Assembly (NCBI RefSeq): GCF_018350175.1
Contig: NC_058380.1
Span: forward strand, 4,278,001 to 4,342,000
Reading direction: 5' to 3'
Origin: Felis catus
Taxonomy: Eukaryota
Length of the DNA stretch: 64,000 nucleotides
Position numbers and translations under genes: made by a program. The notes under the pieces are model-generated. The model saw nothing but the letters and a program-made list of their open reading frames with translations, was not told the DNA's origin and did not search any database. How positions within the stretch are numbered: the stretch's first letter is position 1; the number at the start of each line of letters is the position of its first letter. Shown one piece after another: positions 11,320 to 23,810 of this stretch.

Positions 11320-14300
11320 GCTCTATATAAGATAAATATATCTGAAAATCTGGGTAACTATATTTCTCCAATAATGTCATTTATTAAAGGAAATATTTTT
11401 AAATGTCAAAATATATCAAGACACACAAAATTAGTACAAAATTTCAAAGACACGTTAATGCCATTATAATCTCAACCATTCCAGAAACTAGATTAATAAA
11501 GCTTCTAAATAATTTTAAGATACTAATATTTAACTGCTACCAAAATCTTGCAAGACAACATATGAAACAAAATTCCCAACTAATCTGATCTATGAAAATA
11601 GATGCAAAAAATTACCATTTCAAAGAATAATACACCATTGCCAGAATGGGTCGTTCCAAGAAAGCTAGAATCTTTCAACAACAGAAAATCTGCATATTTC
11701 AAGGACACCAAGAAAATTCAACATTATTAGCACGTCATAATATTTCCTCATAAGATTATGGATGTATAATCTCAAAGTAAAGACCAGGAGACTGCTTTAT
11801 GGTGAAAACACCGAGAGCTTTTCTACCAGAATTATAAATAAGACAAGGAGAGATATCTAAATTCTACCATTAGATCAAAACCAGCGAGTTGCAGAAGAGA
11901 ATGTGTAATATGATCATACTTTTAGGTAAAACAAATCTATGTATAGCCTGTATTAATACACTGGTAGATGCATTTTTAAATCTGAAATGACAGGCTTCAA
12001 ACCATTGATCATGGTTACTTATGAGCTGAACACTGACTGAAGCAAAATCAAGTGACAGTACACAGCATCAGCAGCTGCTCTTAAGAAGTTCTATTACTGA
12101 AAGATTAATCCTGAAATTCCCCCAAAACTGGCTCCTATTATTATTTTGTATTTCTCATCACACGTTGTTAGTGTTTCTGTCTTCCTTTTTTAAAACCCAG
12201 CAATATTACTTTTGTATTCAGATGCTCTAGAAGGCAAATTTTCAAGTCACGCCACCACTTTCTGATTAACTGCGGTTACAACATTTCTTCCAGAAGACCT
12301 CCCAGGGTGACACAGGCCCTGCGGGAAGGGCGGCCCTGGTTCCCCCACTGGAAGGGTCATGGTGGAGAAGGCAGGCGATTTTCTAGCGGGGAGCCATCGG
12401 GAGAGAAACAACAGAAGGCAGAAGACCAGGGGAAGGAAGCGTAAGGCAATAAGCAGAACTGACCGCCGGCCACGGGCCACGCACGACAGGATCACACGGC
12501 AGCCGTACCACAAAAGGCGGCCGTGGCCGGTGGTTCACGGGGGTCCAAATACATATTCACAAAGTGCCACTGAGATGAAAAATTAGGCAAAATGCAAAGG
12601 CGAGACACTTGACTATAAAATCCCATTCTGGCTTGGCAATATGACCCTACAGGCACCAAAAAGCTGATCCAATACAGGCCAGTTTTACGCACAGAGAAGT
12701 CTGAATATTAACAGGACGGTCTTCAGCTCCGCCACAATGAGGACAGATGGCGCTCGCCTGGGTGACAAACAGCCTGTCTCCTTTGAAGAACTCACGGCAA
12801 CGCCTTTTAGGACTGGTGCTCTTAAGATCTCACCTCTGGAGACAACAGACCTGGAAGTAATTTGGTGAGATGTCCGTGACGAAGAAACAGCGACCGTCTG
12901 GATGTATAGATTAAGAAGACTTTTCTGATTAAACCGTCAGTTGTTTCATAAAAAGAACACGCCAGGTTTCCAGGTCAAGACAGTGAACTACAGGGCCCTG
13001 AATGGCCTCTTCCGGGACGCATCGGATCTACGGCTAAACATAAACCACTTCCCTGTGAAGGACGCGCAGGAGCCAGCTGAGCAGCTCGTCCCCAAGGGGC
13101 CAAGGGGAAAAGCCCAGGTCGAAGCAGCAGGACAGGCTGGGACACTCCCCCCACAAACCCCAGCCCCATGGCAGCGTACAACCGGGAGTGAGCTCTCGAC
13201 CCCGGGCTGCCCCCCCGAGGAACCAAGGGTTTGAACTTCACACTGGGCACCCCAGACTTTAAGACCTGCACCCTGACAGACAAAAGCACAAAACGTCCAG
13301 CTTTGAAAGTCATCAGGCTTCATGGCAGAAGACCCACAAGCTAGGGTGAACGGAGAGACGGACAGACAACCAGAAAGCGCCGGGTCTTCCTGTGGAAGGT
13401 CCATCCTGGGGGGCAGGCAGCTGATTCAGCACACACCCAGCGGCCTCTAATCCTCTTCAAAGACTAAGGGGCCACGGGCACCACCGATGCGCCCTCCCCC
13501 GTCTCTCTCCAGGTCACCGGCGTCCCCCAGAAACGAGCCTGTGCACACACATGGCGCCCCGATTGCTGGGGCCGACACCCCCGATCACGTGGCTCTGGTG
13601 GCAAGCCCCACGTTCCTGGGTTCCACGCGACCACAGCAGTGGAGGCGGCAGCCCGCAAGGCCCAGGATTCTGGTGACAGAGGCCCATCCGCTCATCTTCC
13701 CGGCTGTGGCGTGAGGGGCCACACGTCAAGGAGCCACTACACTCCCTGCCAGAGACAGAAACCGGCAGGTGCCACCTGCGAGCTCTGCATCTGTCCTGCC
13801 CCAGGTCACTGAGAAAGGACCTTGTGCACATCTGGAGCCCCCGCTTTTGTGGCTTCTGTCCAGACAGCCTGGGTAGGGAGGCCAGCTGGGCCATGTTAAC
13901 AGGACCGACAGGACAACAGCAGTAAGAAACAGCTCTTGCCTGGCCATCGCCTCGGGGTTCAGAATTCAGGACGCGGATAGAAACACCCATCTCCCGGTCC
14001 TCCCGTGGGACGTCCGTTTGCAGACTTTAAAAGCTCCTGTAGCTTCCCGTCAGCCTGAATCCAGACGCTAAGATCCTCCCCTTGGGGACACTGACAGGAC
14101 TCCCCACACCCTCAATTACCAGGAGCCAGGAGCCACTCAGAATGAAGCAAGATGCAAAGAAAAAACAAAGTTTTGAGAGCCAACCAAGAGCTAGGGCAGA
14201 GGTGAATGCCAAGGTGCATTTCCAAGAACCTTGGAAGAGGTTGGGAGAGGTGGCTGCTTCAGCTCATGCATAAAAAGCCAATACAGAGTCAAGGAAAATG

Positions 14301-15465
14301 AAGAACCACAGGGTATATTCCAAACAAAAAATGAAGAAGACACCTCATCCTCTTAAAAAGGCCTCCATGAACGGATACGAGTGATTTCAAAATCACGATC
14401 ATAAAAATGCTCAGTGAAGACGGGAGAAGAATCCATGCACAAAGTGGCAGTTTTGACAAAGAAAATAGACGAAGGTACCAAATGGAAGTCACAGTGTTGA
14501 AAATCACAAGAGCTGAACTGTAAAATACAACAGAGGGGTTCAAGACAGATGATGAAGCAGAAGAAAAAAGCCGTGAACTCAAAGACAGACCAGTGGGACG
14601 CATACAATCAAAGCAAAAGGTCTGTGTGGGGGGGGGGGGGGGGGGCTGTGGATAAAAACACGTGAAGAAATCTTAAGAGATTCATCGGACAACAGGAAGA
14701 AAGCTAACAACCACATGATAGAGGTCCCAGGAGAACAGAGAAAGGGGCAGAAAACTTTTTGAAGACATAATGGCTGAAAATGTCCCAAACCTGGGGGATT
14801 AAGGGCCTGAGGTTCCAGGAAGTCCAGAGAGCTCCATGTGAGGAAAGGCCAAAGAAACCCACATCGAGACATAAAATTAAGGTGCCAAAAGTTAAAGACA
14901 AGGAGAGAACCTCAAGCAGCAAGACAAATACAACTCGTTGTAAACAGGGAACCTTCCACAAGCCTAGGAGCAGATTTTTCAGCAGAAACTCCACACCAGA
15001 ACAGAGCGGGCGTGGTACGATCAACGTGCTCAAAGAAAGGCATCTCCAGCCGAGAAAACCGGGCAAACCGTCCTTCGGAACTGAAGGAGACAGCTTTGGA
15101 AAATCTCTAGACTGGCCTCACAGAAAAGTAAATGTTGAAGAAACTGCTTTAAGCTGAAATGAAAGGGTGCTGATTAGTAACAGGAAAATATACGAAAGTA
15201 TAAATCTCCTCATAAAAGTAAATAAACAGCAAAATCCAGAACAACTTAATGTTGTAAAGGTGATGAGCTAATCACTTATATGACTAACATGAAGAAAAAA
15301 GTAGTAAAAGTAACTATAACTACAATTTTGTTAACAGATACACAAGATAAAAGGATGTAAAAATGTGACGTCAAAAACACTAAACATGGAGGGGGAATAA
15401 AAACGTAGGATGCGTTTGAACTTCAGCTGATGTTTATAAGTTCTTTCATGTGAGCTTCATGGTCA

Positions 15466-15466
<1 letters not shown>

Positions 15467-15516
<50 letters not shown>
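15467..15516 (+). repeat. (CA)n microsatellite
   Basis: Directly visible. Confidence 0.98.
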
Positions 15517-15517
<1 letters not shown>

Positions 15518-16035
15518 CAGAAACACAAAAGATAAAGAGAAATGAAGCTACGTTCACCACTACAGAAAACCATCAAATCACAAAAGAAGAGAGCAAGGAG
15601 AAGGAAATAAAGGAATTACAAAATAGCAAGAAAACAGTTAACAAAGTGGCAGTAAATGTCCACGTATCAATAATTACTGTAAATGTAAAGCAACTAGATG
15701 TCCAATCAAAAGACCCAGAATGGCTGAATGAATTCAAACAAAACAAAACATATGCTGCCCACAAAAGACACTTCAGATCAGAGGACACGCACAGACAGAA
15801 AGTGAAGAGACAGGAAAAGGTATTTCACGCAAATGGAAACCAAAAGATGGGAGAAGTATATTTATATCAGACGAAATGAACTTTAAGACAAATATCATAA
15901 CAAAAGACAAAGAAGGTCTTTATATTATGATAGTGGTCAATCCAACAAGACAATATCGCATTTGTAAATATTTATGGGCCCAACACGGAAGCACATACGT
16001 ATATAAAGCAAAGATTAACAAACTTAACGGGGAGG

Positions 16036-16280
16036 GGGGCACTTGGGTGGCTCAGCCGGTGAGCGTCCGACTCTTGATTTCGGCTCAGGTCATGATCTCA
16101 TAGTTGTGGGACTGAGCACCTGCATCGATCAGCTTGGCACAGAGCCTGCTTGGGATTCTCTCTCCCCCTCTCTCTGCCCCTTCCCTGCTCACACGCTCCC
16201 CCTCTCTCTCAATCTCTCTCTCTCTCTCTCAAAATAAGTGAATAAACATTACAAAAAAAAAAAACCAAAAAAAACAAAAA
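16036..16280 (+). mobile_element. Can-SINE inserted in L1 ORF2
   Basis: SINE head, (CT)n tract and A tail. Degenerate TSD cttaacgggga/cttaaagggaa. Confidence 0.93.
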
Positions 16281-16659
16281 CCTTAAAGGGAAAAACAGAC
16301 ACCCGTATAGCAGGAGGGTCCTTTGACACCTAACTACATCAATGGATAGATAATGAAGACAAAAAATCAATAATGAAACACTGCCTTAAATGACACATTA
16401 GACCAGATGGACTTAACAGTCATTTACAGAACATTCCATCCTACAGCAGGAACCTTCTTCTCAAGCGCACATGAAATATTCTCTGGGACAAATCATATGT
16501 TAAGCCACAAGAAAGGTCGATGAATGGGAGATGACAGAAATCAGATCAAGCATCTTTCCGACCACAATGGTATGGAATCAGCATTCACTTAAAGCAAACA
16601 ACTGGAAAATTCATAAATATGGGGACGTTAAACCACACAAGCTGTGCTGAGCCACGGAG

Positions 16660-18200
16660 AGTGGGGGAAGACTGTGGGGTCACAGAGAGCGGGGGAAGAC
16701 AGTGGGGCAAGGGGTCCTGAACTCACCTCCTGTCGTGGACACGCCGAGATAACCGCCACATATAAAGCAACACTCTCTGAAAACATTCTGAACACTAGCA
16801 GAACGGATCACTCACAGCCAAAAGCCACATCCAGAAGGGCAGGAAGGGCAGGGACAGAGCTGGGAACCGAGCCTCCAGCACGATGCCCCCCCGCGGGAGG
16901 GACAGCGCAGGCCAGGAGATCCTCCCTGAGGAGCCCGGGGATCGAGCCCCACGTTGCACCCCCCTGGCCCTGTGGACCTGCACCAAGAAGAGTCCCAGCA
17001 CCGTGTGGCTTTAAAACCCAGCAGGGCTTCACCCCCAGGAAGGCCTGAGGACTACCGAGAACCAAAACTGCCTCCAAAGGGCCACCAGCTTCCTCCCGTG
17101 GTCTCAGAGCCAGCACAGAAGCAGTAGTCTGGAAACCGTCTGGGCTCTAAGGGAAGGAGATGTACTGACTGACTTCAGGGCGGGCACCAGGGGGCAGGAA
17201 CCTGTGAGAAATCAGCCCACACCAGTCACAACTGCTGTTAACAAAAAGACAAGAAATGACAAGTGCTGGCAGTGATGTGAAAAGGGGAAACGCTCAGGTG
17301 CTATTGGTGAGAATGGAAATTGGTGGTACCTCTGTGGAAAACAGTATGGAGTTTCCTCAAAAAATTAAAAATAAAAATAACACGAGGGGCACCTGGGTGG
17401 CTCAGTCGGCTAGATGTCTGACTTGGGCTCTGGTCATGATCTCGCGGTTCATGGGTTCGAGCCCCGCGTCGGGCTCTGTGCTGACGGCTCGGAGCCTCGA
17501 GCTGCTTCGGAGGCTGTGTCTCCCTCTCTCTCTGCCCTTCCCCTGCTCACGCTCTGTCTGTCTCTCTCTCAAAAATAAACAAACATTAACAAAAAAATTT
17601 TTTAAAAAAACGTATAATATAGTAATTCTACTACTGGATATTTACCCAAAGAAAATAAAAAGATTAATTTGAAGAGATATATGCACTCTTATGTCTACTG
17701 CAGCATTATTTACAAAAGCCACGATATGGAAGCAACCCGTGTGTCCACCAAGAGGGGAATGGATCGATGGAATATTACTCAGTGCCAAAAAAGAATGAGA
17801 TCTTGCCATCTGCTACAACATAGAGAGTCCTAGAGGGTGTAACTAGTAAGTTAGACAACGACAAACACCGTATGATTTCACTTACGTGTGGGATCTAAAT
17901 ACTAAAGCAATCAAGAGGAAAACCGAGACTCCTAAATACTGGAGATTAGCGCTTGCCAGAGAAGAACAGGTGGAGAATCAGCCAAAGGATTAAGAGGCAC
18001 AAACTTCCGGCTTTAAGTAAGTCACAGGGAGGAAAAGTACAGCACAGGGAGCCCAGTAAATAATATTTGAGTAACTTAACATGGTGACACTGTAACTACA
18101 CTCACCATGCTGAGCAGTTTGTAACATGTGTAACTGCAGAAACCACTGTATTATATACCTGAAATTAATACATTATATGTCAACTATACTTCAAATAAAA

Positions 18201-18201
<1 letters not shown>
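16660..18201 (+). mobile_element. Nested L1 made of a 5'UTR start joined directly to the ORF2 end plus 3'UTR
   Basis: 16660-17205 resembles an L1 5' terminus (cctgaactcacctcctgtcgtggacacgcc...). 17205-18201 is the L1 ORF2 tail and 3'UTR, ending caactatacttcaaataaaa. The host ORF2 resumes at about 18300. Confidence 0.75.
17386..17610 (+). mobile_element. Can-SINE nested in the L1 3' segment
   Basis: Full SINE structure. Confidence 0.95.

Positions 18202-18242
<41 letters not shown>
18202..18242 (+). repeat. (TG)n(AG)n compound microsatellite
   Basis: Directly visible. Confidence 0.95.
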
Positions 18243-18939
18243 ATGTGTAGATATTGAAAAAGAAAAAGAATAATATAGAAAAAGAATCTATAGATTCTAT
18301 AGAAAAAGAAAAGATATTTCTTTTTCAAAGAAAATAGAAATACAAAAATACCAAAACCTACGGGATGCAGCAAAATCCGTTATAAGAGAAAAGTTTATAG
18401 CAATAAATGTACCTCAAGAAACATGCAAAATGCCAAATAATCTAATCTTAAGGACCAAGAGAACAAACAAAGCCCTAAGTTAGAAGAAGGAAATAACAAA
18501 GATCCGAGTCAAAATAAGTGAAATAGAGACTAAAATTAAAAAGACAATAGAAAAGATCAACGCAACTGAGAGCTGGTTTTATGAAAATAAACCTTTAGTG
18601 AGACCCACAAGAAATAAAAGAGAAGGCTGAAATAAATGACATCAGAAATGAAAGAGATGATATAACAGATGCCACAGAAATACAAATATCATGAGACTAC
18701 TACCAAAAATTATGAGTCAACAAACTGCACAACCCAGAAGAAATGGATAAATTTCTAGAAACATACAACCCGGCAAGACTGAACCAATAAAGAAACAGAA
18801 AATCTGAACAGACTAATTACTAGTAAGGACACTGAATGAGTCATCAATAACAGACAAACAAACAAAGATCCAGGACTATTTGACTTCACTGGTGAATTCT
18901 AGCAAACTTTTAAAGAAGCATTAATACCAGTCCTTCTCA

Positions 18940-19150
18940 GGCAAACCAAGAAAGAGAACTCTTAACTCTAGAGAAGAAACTTATGGTCATCAGAGGGGAG
19001 GTGGCTGGGGGAGGGGATTAAGGAGGGCACGTGTGATCAGACCTGGGTGATGCATGAAAGTGGTGATAACTATTTTGTGCACCTAAAACTAAAACTAAAA
19101 CTAATATTATGTAGGTTAAGTAACTTGAATTTACACAAGAACTTTAAAAA
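18940..19150 (+). mobile_element. Short 5'-truncated carnivore L1 3'UTR nested in the host L1 ORF2
   Basis: Resembles the 3'UTR at 38400-38580. TSD aataccagtccttctca (18923-18939) / aataccaatccttccca (19151-19167). Confidence 0.85.
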
Positions 19151-19779
19151 AATACCAATCCTTCCCACACTCTTCCAAAAAATAAAAGAGAAAGGAACAC
19201 TTCCAACTTCACTCGATGAGGCCAGCATCATCCTGATGACAAAATCAGACAAGGACATCACAAAGAAAACAAACCAGGCCAGGACCCCTGATGAACACAG
19301 ATGCAAAAATCTTCAACAAAATATACCCAAACCGAATCCAACAACACATTAAAAGGACGTTCACCATGATCAAGTGGGCTGCATTCTAGGCACACAAGAA
19401 CGGTTCAACAGCCACAAAACTATACGATACACCACATTAACAAAATGAAGGATAAAAATCACACAGCAGATGCAGAAAAAGCACATCACAAAATTCAACC
19501 TTCGTTCAAGATAAAAACTCTAAACAAAGTGGGTATAAAGGAAACATGACTTAAGAAAGGTCACATACACAGATACACCATACTCAATGGTGGAACACCG
19601 AAAATCTTCCCTTTACGTTCAGAAACAAGACAGCATTTGCCTCGTTCAGAAACACGTCACCTCTTGCTATACGGTACTGGAAGTCCTAACTGGAGCAATT
19701 AAAGGAAGAAAGCTAAAATGCATCCAAATCTAGAAGAAAGAAAACAAAGAAAAAAAGAACTAATAAAACTGTCACTATT

Positions 19780-20013
19780 GGGCGCCCGGGTGGCGCAGTC
19801 GGTTAAGCGTCCGACTTCAGCCAGGTCACGATCTCGCGGTCCGGGAGTTCGAGCCCCGCGTCGGGCTCTGGGCTGATGGCTCGGAGCCTGGAGCCTGTTT
19901 CCGATTCTGTGTCTCCCTCTCTCTCTGCCCCTCCCCCGTTCATGCTCTGTCTCTCTCTGTCCCAAAAATAAATAAACGTTGAAAAAAAAAATTTAAAAAA
20001 AAAAGACTTTTAA
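19780..20013 (+). mobile_element. Young SINEC_Fc copy
   Basis: CpGs intact. Perfect 15-bp TSD aaaactgtcactatt at 19765-19779 and 20014-20028. Confidence 0.98.
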
Positions 20014-20961
20014 AAAACTGTCACTATTTACACATGATATATTGCATATGAAATATCGTAAGTAATCCACCATAGAAATGTTAGAACTAATAAGTGAATT
20101 CCGGGAAGCTGCAGGATATAAAAGCAATGTACAAAAATCAGCTGCATGTCTGCACAACAACAACTATCAGAAAGAGAAATTAAGAAAACGATCCATTTAT
20201 AATTGGATCCAAAAGAATAAAATACTTGGAATAAATCTAACCAAAGAGGTGAAAGACCCGTCCACTAAAAAGTATCTGACATGAGTAAAAGGGACTGAAG
20301 ACACAGAACAGATACAAAGATACTCTTGCTCATGGACTCAAAGCAACAACACTGTGAAGATGGCCATGTTACCCAAAGGAATCTACAGATCCAATGTAAC
20401 CCCTGTCAAAATCCCAAGGGCATTTTTCACAGAAGTAGTACAAAGGCTCGCAAAATTTGACGAAACCACTGAAGACCCCAAATGGCCCAACCAATGCTGA
20501 GGAAGAAGAACCAAGCTGGAAGCATCATGTTTTCTGATTCCACATTTTCTTACAAAGCTTTAGTAATCAAAACAGTATGGTTTGGGCATAAAAAGACCTA
20601 TATAGCAACAGAACAGAACAGAAAGCCCAGAAATAAATCTATGCATATATGGCCGATTAATTCGACAAAGGAGCCAAGAATATGCAATGGGGAAAGCACA
20701 GTCTCTTCGCAATGAATGGTGCTGGGAAAACTGACCACCCGTATGCAAAAGAATATACTGGTTTCTTACACCATACACGCAATCGAGACAAAATGGATTA
20801 AAGACGTGAAGAGAATATCTATAAACATAAATCTTTTAAAGGAAAAACACAGGCTGTAAGCTTCTTCACAACGGTCTCCACGGTGACTTTTGGATTTGAC
20901 ACAAAAAGCAAAGTTAACAACAGCAACACTAAACAGCATAACTACATCAAACTAAATCTTC

Positions 20962-21151
20962 GGGGGCGCCTGGGTGGCTCCGTGGATCAAGCGTCTTAAT
21001 TTCAGCTCAGGTCATGGCCTCACAGTCATGGGATCGAGCCCCGCATCGGCGGGGGGTGGAGCCTGCTCGAGATTCTCTCCCTCTCTCTCCCTCTCCCTCT
21101 CTCCCCAACTAGCATGCGTGCATGCTCTCTTCTCAAAAGATAAAAAGTAAA
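20962..21151 (+). mobile_element. Can-SINE
   Basis: TSD aaactaaatcttc at 20949-20961 and 21152-21164. Confidence 0.93.
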
Positions 21152-23702
21152 AAACTAAATCTTCTGCATGGCAAAGGAAACCATCAACAAAATGAAAAGA
21201 CAACCTACAGAACAGAAGAAAATATTTGAAAACCATGGAACTGATAAGGGACTAATAGCCCAAAATATATACAGAATTCACCCAACTCAACACCAAAAGA
21301 ACAGATTACAAAATGAACCGAGGTTCTGAACAGACATTCTTGCAAGCAAGACAGACAGATGGCCAACAGGTCACACAAAGGTCGCACACGCAACATCACT
21401 CGTCATGAGGGGACTGCAAATGAAAGCCACAATGAGGTGTCACAATACACGGGTCAGAACGGCTAGTGTCAACAGGCCGGGACATGACAAGTGCCGGCGG
21501 GGGAGTGGGGACGAGGGAGCCCTGGTGCACGGCTGGTGGGAATGTGAAGTGGTCCAGCCACCGTGGAAAACACAACGGAGGTTTCTCAGGAGCGTCACAA
21601 CAGAACTACCCTGCGGCCTAGCAACTCCACTCTGGGTTCTTCTCCGCAGGAAATGAAAACACCGTCTCGAGAAGAAACACACACGCTCACGTCCACTGCA
21701 GCATTGACTACAGCAGCCAAGACAAGCCAGCAACCGACGCGTCCACTGAGGGATGAATGGATAATGAAGCCCTGGATGGAATATTCTGTAACCACAAACA
21801 GGAGGAGAGCCTGCCATCTGCCACAACGCGGACGGACCCCGAGGGCACTACGCTAGGTAAAACATGTCAGACCAAGGAAGACAAACAGCGGATGATCTCA
21901 CTTATATGAAGAAACTTGAAAAAAGAAAAAAACCACAAAATCATAAATACAGAAAACAGACTGGTGGTTGCCAGAAGTGAGGGTGGGGCCTGGGAGTAAA
22001 GGGCGGAGACGGTCAAAGGTACAAACTCCCAACTACAAAACGAATAAACCCTGAGGATATAACCAACTTTATGGTGACTGCAGTTAATAATACTGTGTTG
22101 ACCACTTAAAAGTTGCTACAAGTAAATCATAAAAGCTCCCGCCAGAAGAAAAAACATTTTGTGACTGTGTGGTAGCAGATGCTAACTGTACGTACTGTGG
22201 TGACCATTTTACAACATATACATACAAAGAATCATAACGTTGTATCCCTGAAACTAGTAGTATTTATCTAATCGATAAAACATTAGATAAATAATAAGTA
22301 ATACAATGAGTGGACGCATGCTTCCGTATTCATTCACGAAATCATGGCTCTTCCACTTCCGGCCATAGGGCAGCAGAGACTGGATTTACCTTCTGCCTGA
22401 TACACCCGAAACTCAGTATTGAGGACGCTGGACATGAGGCAACATGGGACAGTGATGACTCAAGACCAAGCAAGGTGAGCCCGACTCCTGCACAAGCGTA
22501 TGGTCCAGAAAGAGCTGCCAGGACGCAGAGCAGAGAGGTGGACCCCAAGCCAGCCCAGCGCCCTCTCAGTTAAAGAGGAGCCGTGAGCCCAGGGGGACAC
22601 AGGTAACTAGTGTGCAGGACGGGGCGCAGACTCCAGAAATCTGGAGGGGGTCCCTCCTGAGTGTTCACCGGAGTACTGAGCACTACACGTGTGAAGAAAC
22701 TCGGGAAAGACCCACCTAAAAGGGGGAGAGGGCCGAGGAGTTTGAGGCCGAGCAAAAGGACCACGACGAAAACTATTCTATTCGAAGGCACGCCATAATT
22801 CAAGTTGCCCACAACCAGGGATAAGGAGAAAAATCATAAGGCAGGTCTAGCAAAGAAACACACTGTTTCAAAAGAACAAAGAAAAGGATGACGGCAGATG
22901 CCCGTCAAGAAAACAACTTCAGCTAAGACGGTGGTGTTGCGACATCGCTCACATACGGAGAGATAAAAATAATACCAACCTGGAACTCTGCACCCAGCAA
23001 AAACACTTCCAAATACAGAGCGCAAGACTTTTCTAGATCTCCCAAAGCCGAAGGAGCCCAGCAGCAGCTGCTGCCATGCACACAGAACTGTTACGGGAAC
23101 GTGGATATTGGTAATAAGTTCAAGTACGTGTCTACACAAAGGAAGAATCGGGAGAGGAAACCACCACAGGAGTAAATACGTGACATTTTCCTGATGACTT
23201 AAATCTCTTTTAAGAGTAATTGATTTTTTTTAACAAAATTAATCATGAAGCGTGGGGCGAAAGCACACGTAAAAGTTTAAGTGCATAACAACAAAGGCAC
23301 AAAGAGCAGAGGAAAACAATAAAAGTACTTACTACTGCATTCTTGTGTATGAGATGTTTTATTCATGGGATGGTAGACTGTCCTAATGGAAGATATACAG
23401 TACCTGTCCTAAAGCAGTCGATGAAAAAAAATAAAGAATAATAGTGAATAAGTCAATAAAGGACATGAAATAGAATAAAAAAAACCCACTCAATTCCAAA
23501 CAATGGCCAAGAAAAAGAAACAGAGGGGAACAAAAACAAGAAACAGAAAACAAGTAAGAAAATGAGAAAGNNNNNNNNNNNNNNNNNNNNNNNNNNNNNN
23601 NNNNNNNNNNNNNNNNNNNNNNNNNNNNNNNNNNNNNNNNNNNNNNNNNNNNNNNNNNNNNNNNNNNNNNNNNNNNNNNNNNNNNNNNNNNNNNNNNNNN
23701 NN

Positions 23703-23810
23703 CTCTGTGCTGACCGCAGACAGCCCGATATGGGGCTTGAACTCAAGAACCATGAGATATGACTGGAGCCGGAGTCAGATACTCAACCGACTGAGCCGCT
23801 CAGGTGCCCA
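23703..23810 (-). mobile_element. Can-SINE (partial, runs into gap)
   Basis: Antisense head ...ccgactgagccgctcaggtgccc. Confidence 0.9.

Larger units (their letters stand above)
10430..11990 (+). mobile_element. Old L1ME-type ORF2/3' fragments interrupted by SINEs
   Basis: A-rich degraded L1-like motifs (atagatgcaaaaa, aataatacaccattgccagaatggg, ataagacaagga). Confidence 0.5.
12970..22297 (+). mobile_element. Near full-length degraded LINE-1 (L1MA9/old carnivore-like) with nested insertions
   Basis: GC-rich 5'UTR at about 12970-14250. ORF1 remnants at 14290-15160 (IMAENVPNL, KPTSRHKIK, GADFSAET). ORF2 endonuclease start at about 15646 (VSIITVNVKQL...KVFHANGNQK). RT/C-terminal remnants at 18330-21900 and 3'UTR to about 22297. 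Many stops and frameshifts. Confidence 0.9.

Noticed and set aside
14628-14645. G18 run in L1 ORF1
   Set aside because: A homopolymer inside a dead repeat. Its length may be a sequencing artefact and there is no evidence of function.
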